In this document: piece after piece, positions 32,797 to 39,640 of the stretch
Layout of the letters: each line of letters starts with the position of its first letter
Numbering within the stretch: the stretch's first letter is position 1
IMG/VR virus record: IMGVR_UViG_2563366929_000005
Strand: one strand, 5' to 3'
Length of the DNA stretch: 39,640 nt
Source of the DNA: a virus
Taxonomy: Duplodnaviria; Heunggongvirae; Uroviricota; Caudoviricetes
Translations under genes and position numbers: made by a program
The notes under the pieces: generated by a model
What the model saw: the letters and a program-made list of their open reading frames with translations, nothing else
What the model was told of the DNA's origin: nothing
The model's database searches: none

Positions 32797-35700
32797 ATGG
32801 GTAAAGGCAGCAGTAAGGGGCATACCCCGCGCGAAGCGAAGGACAACCTGAAATCTACGCAGTTGCTGAGTGTGATTGATGCCATCAGTGAAGGGCCGAT
32901 TGAAGGTCCGGTGGATGGATTAAAAAGCGTGCTGCTGAACAGTACGCCGGTGCTGGACACTGAGGGGAATACCAACATCTCCGGTGTCACGGTGGTGTTC
33001 CGGGCAGGTGAGCAGGAGCAGACTCCGCCGGAGGGATTTGAATCCTCCGGCTCCGAGACGGTGCTGGGTACGGAAGTGAAATATGACACGCCGATCACCC
33101 GGGCCATCACGTCGGCAAACATTGACCGACTGCGTTTTACCTTCGGCGTGCAGGCACTGGTGGAAACCACCTCAAAGGGGGACAGGAATCCGTCGGAAGT
33201 CCGCCTGCTGGTTCAGATACAACGTAACGGTGGCTGGGTGACGGAAAAAGACATCACCATTAAAGGCAAAACCACCTCACAGTATCTGGCCTCGGTGGTG
33301 GTGGGTAACCTGCCGCCGCGCCCGTTTAATATCCGGATGCGCAGGATGACGCCGGACAGCACCACAGACCAGTTGCAGAACAAAACGCTCTGGTCGTCAT
33401 ACACCGAAATCATCGATGTGAAACAGTGCTACCCGAACACGGCACTGGTCGGCGTGCAGGTGGACTCGGAGCAGTTCGGCAGCCAGCAGGTGAGCCGTAA
33501 TTATCATCTTCGCGGGCGCATTCTGCAGGTGCCGTCGAACTATAACCCGCAGACGCGGCAATACAGCGGTATCTGGGACGGAACGTTTAAGCCAGCATAC
33601 AGCAACAACATGGCATGGTGTCTGTGGGATATGCTGACCCACCCGCGCTACGGCATGGGGAAACGTCTTGGTGCGGCGGATGTGGATAAATGGGCGCTGT
33701 ATGTCATCGGCCAGTATTGCGACCAGTCGGTGCCGGACGGTTTTGGCGGTACGGAGCCGCGCATCACCTGTAATGCGTACCTGACCACACAGCGTAAGGC
33801 GTGGGATGTGCTCAGTGATTTCTGCTCGGCGATGCGCTGTATGCCGGTATGGAACGGGCAGACGCTGACGTTCGTGCAGGACCGACCATCAGATAAGGTG
33901 TGGACCTATAACCGCAGTAATGTGGTGATGCCGGATGATGGCGCGCCGTTCCGCTACAGCTTCAGCGCCCTGAAGGACCGTCATAATGCCGTTGAGGTGA
34001 ACTGGATTGATCCGGATAACGGCTGGGAGACGGCGACAGAGCTTGTGGAGGACACGCGGGCCATTGCCCGTTACGGTCGTAACGTCACGAAGATGGATGC
34101 TTTTGGCTGTACCAGCCGGGGGCAGGCACACCGCGCCGGGCTGTGGCTGATTAAAACAGAACTGCTGGAAACGCAGACCGTGGACTTCAGCGTGGGCGCA
34201 GAAGGGCTTCGCCATGTACCGGGGGATGTCATTGAAATCTGCGATGATGACTATGCGGGTATCAGCATCGGCGGGCGCGTGCTGGCGGTGAACAGCCAGA
34301 CCCGGACGCTGACGCTCGACCGTGAAATCACGCTGCCATCCTCCGGTACCACGCTGATAAGCCTGGTTGACGGAAGTGGTAATCCGGTCAGCGTGGAGGT
34401 CCAGTCCGTCACCGACGGCGTGAAGGTAAAAGTGAGCCGTGTTCCTGACGGCGTTGCCGGATACAGCGTGTGGGGGCTGAAGCTGCCGACGCTGCGCCAG
34501 CGCCTGTTCCGCTGCGTGAGTATCCGTGAGAACGATGACGGCACGTATGCCATCACCGCCGTGCAGCATGTACCGGAAAAAGAAGCCATCGTGGATAACG
34601 GGGCGCACTTTGACGGTGACCAGAGCGGCACGGTGAATGGTGTCACGCCGCCAGCAGTGCAGCATCTGACCGCCGAAGTCACTGCAGACAGCGGGGAATA
34701 TCAGGTGCTGGCGCGCTGGGACACGCCGAAGGTGGTGAAGGGCGTGAGCTTCCTGCTTCGCCTGACCGTGGCAGCGGACGATGGCAGTGAGCGGCTGGTC
34801 AGCACGGCCAGGACGACGGAAACCACATACCGCTTCACACAACTGGCTCTGGGGAACTACAGGCTGACAGTCCGGGCGGTAAATGCGTGGGGACAGCAGG
34901 GCGATCCGGCGTCGGTATCGTTCCGGATTGCCGCACCGGCAGCGCCATCGCGGATTGAGCTGACGCCTGGCTATTTTCAGATAACCGCCACGCCGCATCT
35001 TGCGGTTTATGATCCGACTGTACAGTTTGAGTTCTGGTTCTCGGAAAAGCGGATTGCGGATATCAGGCAGGTTGAAACCGCAGCCCGCTATCTTGGCTCG
35101 GCGCTGTACTGGATAGCTGCCAGTATCAATATCAAACCGGGCCATGATTATTATTTTTATATCCGCAGTGTGAATACTGTTGGCAAATCGGCATTTGTGG
35201 AGGCTGTTGGCCAGCCGAGTGATGATGCATCCGGCTATCTGGATTTTTTCAAAGGAGAGATAGGGAAAACCCATCTGGCTCAGGAGTTGTGGACGCAGAT
35301 TGATAACGGTCAGCTTGCGCCTGATCTGGCTGAAATCAGGACGTCCATTACGAATGTCAGCAATGAAATCACGCAGACCGTCAATAAAAAACTGGAAAAT
35401 CAGAGCGCGGCAATCCAGCAGATACAGAAAGTTCAGGTTGATACAAATAATAACCTGAACAGCATGTGGGCCGTGAAACTGCAGCAGATGAAGGACGGAC
35501 GCCTTTATATTGCGGGTATCGGAGCCGGTATTGAGAATACGCCAGCAGGTATGCAGAGTCAGGTGCTTCTGGCTGCTGACCGGATTGCGATGATTAATCC
35601 TGCGAATGGCAACACAAAGCCGATGTTTGTTGGTCAGGGCGATCAGATATTCATGAACGAAGTGTTCCTGAAATACCTGACGGCTCCCACCATTACCAGC

Positions 35701-36276
35701 GGCGGTAATCCTCCGGCATTTTCCCTGACACCGGACGGGCGGCTGACGGCGAAAAATGCCGATATCAGCGGTAACGTGAATGCGAACTCCGGGACGCTCA
35801 ATAATGTCACCATTAACAAGAACTGTGTCATCAGAGGGAAACTGTCTGCAAACCAGATTGAAGGCGATCTCGTTAAAACAGTGGGTAAGGCTTTCCCCCG
35901 TGACTCCCGTGCACCGAAGCGTTGGCCATCAGGAACCATTACCGTCAGGGTTTATGACGATCAGCCGTTTAACCGGCAGATTGTTATTCCGGCGGTGGCT
36001 TTCAGCGGTGCCAGACATGAGCGGGAGAACAGCGATACTTATTCGTCATGCCGCCTGATAGTGAAGAAAAATGGTGCTGAAATTTATAACCGTACCGCGA
36101 TGGATAATACGCTGGTTTACAGTGGTGTTATTGATATGCCTGCTGGTCGCGGCGACATGACGCTGGAGTTTTCTGTATCAGCATGGTGGGTAAATGGCTG
36201 GTACCCCACAGCAAGTATCAGCGATTTGCTGGTTGTTGTGATGAAGAAAGCCACTGCAGGCATCACGATTAGCTGA
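32797..36276 (+). CDS. J: Central tail fibre / host-specificity protein J
   Basis: 1159 aa, lambda J-like throughout, including the FN3-like repeats and a C-terminal receptor-binding region. Confidence 0.95.
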   Translation: MGKGSSKGHTPREAKDNLKSTQLLSVIDAISEGPIEGPVDGLKSVLLNSTPVLDTEGNTNISGVTVVFRAGEQEQTPPEGFESSGSETVLGTEVKYDTPITRAITSANIDRLRFTFGVQALVETTSKGDRNPSEVRLLVQIQRNGGWVTEKDITIKGKTTSQYLASVVVGNLPPRPFNIRMRRMTPDSTTDQLQNKTLWSSYTEIIDVKQCYPNTALVGVQVDSEQFGSQQVSRNYHLRGRILQVPSNYNPQTRQYSGIWDGTFKPAYSNNMAWCLWDMLTHPRYGMGKRLGAADVDKWALYVIGQYCDQSVPDGFGGTEPRITCNAYLTTQRKAWDVLSDFCSAMRCMPVWNGQTLTFVQDRPSDKVWTYNRSNVVMPDDGAPFRYSFSALKDRHNAVEVNWIDPDNGWETATELVEDTRAIARYGRNVTKMDAFGCTSRGQAHRAGLWLIKTELLETQTVDFSVGAEGLRHVPGDVIEICDDDYAGISIGGRVLAVNSQTRTLTLDREITLPSSGTTLISLVDGSGNPVSVEVQSVTDGVKVKVSRVPDGVAGYSVWGLKLPTLRQRLFRCVSIRENDDGTYAITAVQHVPEKEAIVDNGAHFDGDQSGTVNGVTPPAVQHLTAEVTADSGEYQVLARWDTPKVVKGVSFLLRLTVAADDGSERLVSTARTTETTYRFTQLALGNYRLTVRAVNAWGQQGDPASVSFRIAAPAAPSRIELTPGYFQITATPHLAVYDPTVQFEFWFSEKRIADIRQVETAARYLGSALYWIAASINIKPGHDYYFYIRSVNTVGKSAFVEAVGQPSDDASGYLDFFKGEIGKTHLAQELWTQIDNGQLAPDLAEIRTSITNVSNEITQTVNKKLENQSAAIQQIQKVQVDTNNNLNSMWAVKLQQMKDGRLYIAGIGAGIENTPAGMQSQVLLAADRIAMINPANGNTKPMFVGQGDQIFMNEVFLKYLTAPTITSGGNPPAFSLTPDGRLTAKNADISGNVNANSGTLNNVTINKNCVIRGKLSANQIEGDLVKTVGKAFPRDSRAPKRWPSGTITVRVYDDQPFNRQIVIPAVAFSGARHERENSDTYSSCRLIVKKNGAEIYNRTAMDNTLVYSGVIDMPAGRGDMTLEFSVSAWWVNGWYPTASISDLLVVVMKKATAGITIS

Positions 36277-36295
36277 ATTTTATAACCCATATACG

Positions 36296-36319
36296 GGCGC
36301 CAGAAATGGCGCCTTTTTT
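36296..36319 (+). terminator. Terminator-like hairpin after J
   Basis: GGCGCC-AGAAAT-GGCGCC hairpin followed by a T6 run. Confidence 0.6.
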
Positions 36320-36343
36320 ATTGCAGAAAAGCGAGAGGTAATT

Positions 36344-36943
36344 ATGCGTAAATTATGTGCAGCCATTTTGTCCGCAGCCATCTGTCTGTCCGTATCCGGT
36401 GCGCCTGCATGGGCGTCTGAACATCAGTCCACACTGAGCGCGGGGTATCTTCATGCCCGTACGAACGCTCCCGGCAGCGATAATCTGAACGGGATTAACG
36501 TGAAATACCGTTATGAGTTTACGGACGCGCTGGGGCTGATTACGTCCTTCAGTTATGCCAATGCTGAGGATGAGCAAAAAACGCACTACAGCGATACCCG
36601 CTGGCATGAAGATTCCGTGCGTAACCGCTGGTTCAGCGTGATGGCGGGGCCGTCTGTACGCGTGAATGAATGGTTCAGCGCGTATGCGATGGTGGGTGTG
36701 GCTTACAGCCGTGTGTCGACTTTCTCCGGGGATTATCTCCGCGTAACTGACAACAAGGGGAAAACGCACGATGTGCTGACCGGAAGTGATGACGGTCGCC
36801 ACAGCAACACCTCTCTGGCGTGGGGGGCTGGCGTGCAGTTTAACCCGACCGAATCCGTGGCCATTGATATTGCTTATGAAGGCTCCGGCAGTGGCGACTG
36901 GCGCACTGACGGTTTCATCGTGGGTGTCGGTTATAAGTTCTGA
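36344..36943 (+). CDS. lom: Ail/Lom-family outer-membrane beta-barrel protein
   Basis: 199 aa. It has a signal peptide (..SVSGAPAWA), alternating beta-strand patterns and a C-terminal GVGYKF. Confidence 0.9.
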   Translation: MRKLCAAILSAAICLSVSGAPAWASEHQSTLSAGYLHARTNAPGSDNLNGINVKYRYEFTDALGLITSFSYANAEDEQKTHYSDTRWHEDSVRNRWFSVMAGPSVRVNEWFSAYAMVGVAYSRVSTFSGDYLRVTDNKGKTHDVLTGSDDGRHSNTSLAWGAGVQFNPTESVAIDIAYEGSGSGDWRTDGFIVGVGYKF

Positions 36944-36970
36944 TTAGCCAGGTAACACAGTGTTATGACA

Positions 36971-36996
36971 GCCCGCCGGTTCAGGCGGGCTTTTTT
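36971..36996 (+). terminator. Terminator-like hairpin after lom
   Basis: GCCCGCC-GGTTCA-GGCGGGC hairpin followed by a T6 run. Confidence 0.65.
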
Positions 36997-37007
36997 GTGG
37001 AGTGGAT

Positions 37008-39068
37008 ATGGCAGCAGTAAAAATCTCAGGTGTGCTGAAAGATGGTGCGGGAAAACCAATACAGAACTGCACTATTCAACTGAAGGCAAAGCGTAACAGC
37101 ACCACGGTACTGGTGAACACGGTGGCCTCTGAAAATCCGGATGAAGCCGGGCGTTACAGTATGGACGTTGAGTATGGTCAGTACAGCGTCACCCTGCTGG
37201 TTGAAGGTTTTCCACCTTCACATGCCGGGACCATTACCGTCTATGAAGGTTCCAGACCAGGTACGCTGAATGATTTTCTCGGTGCCATGACGGAGGATGA
37301 TGCCCGTCCGGAGGCACTGCGCCGTTTTGAGCTGATGGTGAATGAAGTGGCACGTCATGCCGGAGCGTCATCACAGAGTGCAGCGGCGGCAAAGAAATCC
37401 GAAACGGCAGCGGCATCATCGAAGAACGCGGCGAAAACCTCAGAAACGAATGCAGCTAACAGCGCACAGGCGGCAGCGGCCTCGCAGACTGCATCGGCAA
37501 ACTCCGCGACAGCAGCCAAAAAATCAGAAACCAGCGCGAAAAATAGCGAGACAGCCACAAAGGCCAGCGAAAAAAACGCAAAATCCAGCCAGACGGCAGC
37601 GAAAACCAGTGAGACGAATGCCAAAGACAGTGAAGCCAACGCAAAGGTGAGCGAAACAGCGGCGGCGAACTCGGCGAAAGCATCGGCAGCAAGCCAGGCG
37701 GCAGCAAAAGCAAGTGAAGATGCTGCCAGAGAATACGCAAACCAGACAGCAGAGCCGTACAGATATGTTTTACAGCCGCTGCCGGATGTGTGGATACCCT
37801 TTAATGATTCGCTGGATATGATTACGGGCTATTCTCCGGGTTATAAAAAAGTGAAGATTGGTGATAATGTGGTTCAGGTTGCCAGTGATAAACAGGTTAA
37901 TTTCAGTCGCGCATCAACGGCAACATATATCAACAAATCTGGCGAACTGAAAACGGCGGAAATTAATGAGCCACGATTTGAAAAAGAAGGTTTATTGATT
38001 GAAGGTCAGCGAACCAACTACATGTTGAATTCAGCAACTCCAGCTTCTTGGGGTAAATCTGCAAATATGAATGTCGCTGAGGTTGGAACTGATAGTTTTG
38101 GTTTTACTTATGGAAAGTTTGTTTGTAATGAATCATTAATTGGGCAAAGTACAACCCTTAATATGGCAGTAGTTTCAACCTCGGGGGCTGTCGATGTATC
38201 AGGCGATAATAAGTGTGTGACGACATCGTGCAGATTTAAAACGGATTTGGAACTCCTGTTAAGGATCAGGTTTGAAGCCTTCGATGGCAGCGCTTCATCT
38301 AATCTTGGATATGCCATTGTTAATACGCGGTCTTTATTGGTTGAAATCACCGGTGTAGCTGCCGACAGGCTCACCGCACGAGTTAACAAAGATGAAGCTA
38401 CGGGCTGGATTTTTGTAGAGGCAACGATTCAAGCAAGTAAAGAAACTTACATAACCTCTGCAATACAATACGCACCAAAAAAAGGTGGTGTCGTTGAATC
38501 TGGTGACTATATTTATTTGGCCACCCCTCAGGTTGAGGATGGTTCGTGTGTATCATCTTTTATTATATCAGGAACGACGGCGGCGACGCGCGCAAGCGAT
38601 ATGGTGACAGTTCCGATTAAGAATAATCTTTATAATCTTCCTTTTACGGTTCTTTGTGAGGTACATAAGAACTGGTATAAAACGCCAAATGCAGCACCGC
38701 GTGTTTTTGACACATACCGGCATCAGGCAGATGCGGGGATCGTAATGGGGTTTGGTTCATCAGGTGGGTACGACGGTTTTCCGTATTGTGATATAGGTGG
38801 TTCAGACCGACGAATAAATGAAAATGCCGGGCTGGAAAAAATGCTTATTGGTATGCGGGTAAAGTCCGAACGGTCCACATGTGTAGTCAGTAACGGTAAG
38901 TTAAGCAGCGAAACTAAAACCAAATGGGAATATATCCGGAGTACAGCAACCATTCGCATTGGTGGACAAACTACAGCAGGATTACGCCATTTATTTGGGC
39001 ATGTGAGGAATTTTCGTCTCTGGCATAAAGAGCTAACAGATGCGCAGCTTGGGGAGGTTGTGGAGTGA
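37008..39068 (+). CDS. stf: Side tail fibre (lambda Stf-like N-terminus, Ala/Ser/Lys repeat shaft, divergent distal domain)
   Basis: From MAAVKISGVLKDGAGKPIQNCTIQLKAKRNSTT.. the sequence is close to the lambda Stf N-terminus. The shaft has SETxAxxSxxxA repeats. The distal half, from about 37750, has lower GC. Confidence 0.85.
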   Translation: MAAVKISGVLKDGAGKPIQNCTIQLKAKRNSTTVLVNTVASENPDEAGRYSMDVEYGQYSVTLLVEGFPPSHAGTITVYEGSRPGTLNDFLGAMTEDDARPEALRRFELMVNEVARHAGASSQSAAAAKKSETAAASSKNAAKTSETNAANSAQAAAASQTASANSATAAKKSETSAKNSETATKASEKNAKSSQTAAKTSETNAKDSEANAKVSETAAANSAKASAASQAAAKASEDAAREYANQTAEPYRYVLQPLPDVWIPFNDSLDMITGYSPGYKKVKIGDNVVQVASDKQVNFSRASTATYINKSGELKTAEINEPRFEKEGLLIEGQRTNYMLNSATPASWGKSANMNVAEVGTDSFGFTYGKFVCNESLIGQSTTLNMAVVSTSGAVDVSGDNKCVTTSCRFKTDLELLLRIRFEAFDGSASSNLGYAIVNTRSLLVEITGVAADRLTARVNKDEATGWIFVEATIQASKETYITSAIQYAPKKGGVVESGDYIYLATPQVEDGSCVSSFIISGTTAATRASDMVTVPIKNNLYNLPFTVLCEVHKNWYKTPNAAPRVFDTYRHQADAGIVMGFGSSGGYDGFPYCDIGGSDRRINENAGLEKMLIGMRVKSERSTCVVSNGKLSSETKTKWEYIRSTATIRIGGQTTAGLRHLFGHVRNFRLWHKELTDAQLGEVVE

Positions 39069-39343
39069 GAGATTTCACGTTGCGTTTCAGTGATAAAGCA
39101 GATTTCAGGGCATTTCTCAGGAAACTTAACTGGGAAGAGGACGAAGAGCTGCAGAATGCCGTTCTGGTTGATGAGATTGGTTTTACGTTCAGGGAGACAG
39201 ATGTTTCTGATGACGGAGAACCAGAATACACGCGAAACGAAGGGTACTTTGTTAATATCCGTCTTCTTGACGATGGATTTGATGATTCCGTGTTCCGTGA
39301 GTGGGTGGTTACACCAGAGCGCCCGCTCAGGGAGTGGTTTTAA
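39065..39343 (+). CDS. Hypothetical acidic protein downstream of the tail fibre
   Basis: 92-aa ORF with a GTG start overlapping the fibre stop (GTGA). No motif is recognised. Confidence 0.5.
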   Translation: MRDFTLRFSDKADFRAFLRKLNWEEDEELQNAVLVDEIGFTFRETDVSDDGEPEYTRNEGYFVNIRLLDDGFDDSVFREWVVTPERPLREWF

Positions 39344-39352
39344 GGATAGCAG

Positions 39353-39640
39353 ATGGATATCACGTCGATACTTCATGCGCTTTGTGCCGTGGCGGTGCAG
39401 GTACTGGCTGGTCTTTTTACCGGAAACTGGGCTTACGGGGCGATAGCCGGTTGTACGTTCTTCATTGCGCGTGAACACACCCAGGCAGAATATCGCTGGA
39501 TTGAAATGTTCGGGCATGGCAAGCGGATTAACATGCCGTGGTGGGGCGGTTTTGATCCACGTGCGTGGGATGTGGCAAGCCTGATGGATTTTGCTGTGCC
39601 GGTGGTGGCGTGTCTGCTGATCTGGATGTTGATCCGTTAA
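39353..39640 (+). CDS. Hypothetical small membrane protein
   Basis: 95 aa. Hydrophobic N-terminal segments (LCAVAVQVLAGLF, YGAIAGCTFFIA) and a hydrophobic C-terminal segment (FAVPVVACLLIWMLI). The stop falls at the end of the window. Confidence 0.5.
   Translation: MDITSILHALCAVAVQVLAGLFTGNWAYGAIAGCTFFIAREHTQAEYRWIEMFGHGKRINMPWWGGFDPRAWDVASLMDFAVPVVACLLIWMLIR

Larger units (their letters stand above)
1..39640. mobile_element. Mosaic lambdoid prophage (HK97-type head, lambda-type tail), integrase end to tail-fibre end
   Basis: Canonical lambdoid module order: int, xis, early-left genes, cI/cro, replication, nin/Q, lysis, terminase, head, tail. att sites are not inside the window. Confidence 0.9.

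Noticed and set aside
33889-35274. A 461-aa ORF antisense to J.
   Set aside because: It lies entirely inside the well-supported J gene and is Arg/His-rich with an unnatural composition. This is a typical GC-rich shadow ORF.
37342-37740. Three overlapping ORFs (37342-37650 on the plus strand; 37355-37639 and 37456-37740 on the minus strand) in the tail-fibre shaft.
   Set aside because: They are artefacts of the low-complexity GCN/AAR repeat DNA that encodes the Ala/Ser/Lys shaft. Every frame is open there.

Overview
The window is one contiguous mosaic lambdoid enterobacterial prophage, read from the integrase end to the tail-fibre/cargo end. No att site is visible inside it. The order is as follows. 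(1) A P4-type tyrosine integrase (1-1236) and a very AT-rich orphan gene (1395-2528). (2) A leftward early operon on the minus strand: AlpA-type Xis, DUF551 proteins and a YfdS/R/Q/P-like block. (3) An immunity region with an S24-peptidase CI-like repressor, a Cro/YdaS-like protein and a CII(CP76)-like protein. (4) An O-like replication gene carrying an internal 23-bp-periodic iteron origin. (5) A nin-like region: PerC-like protein, a LexA DNA-binding-domain-only protein, RusA, KilA-N, DUF968 and a QuuD-type Q. (6) A DNA-methylase remnant plus three tRNAs (Ile-CAU, Arg-UCG, Arg-UCU), as in Stx-type phages, but with no toxin genes. (7) A pinholin / DUF1327 / SAR-endolysin / Rz / Rz1 lysis cassette, followed by a reverse-oriented low-GC YfbU-like moron. 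(8) An HK97-type packaging and head module: HNH, TerS, TerL, portal, protease and MCP. (9) A lambda-type tail: Ig-tagged tube protein, G/GT -1 frameshift, TMP, M, L, K, I, J, Lom and an Stf-like fibre. The best candidate for something undescribed is an AT-rich plus-strand mini-operon (about 6994-7834). It sits where N/rex would be and runs convergent to the putative pL. It encodes a 164-aa two-TM hairpin protein flanked by three paralogous, cationic, proline-rich micro-ORFs (22-29 aa, shared H-[VI]-P..PP[KR]P[KR]PP core) that are absent from the ORF track, and it has its own terminator. Secondary candidates are the int-proximal orphan with a GIY-YIG-like motif, the boxA-like elements and large RNA hairpins in a leftward leader that lacks an N gene, the uncleavable LexA mimic, and the YfbU-like moron. 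All functional calls come from reading motifs by eye. No database search was run.
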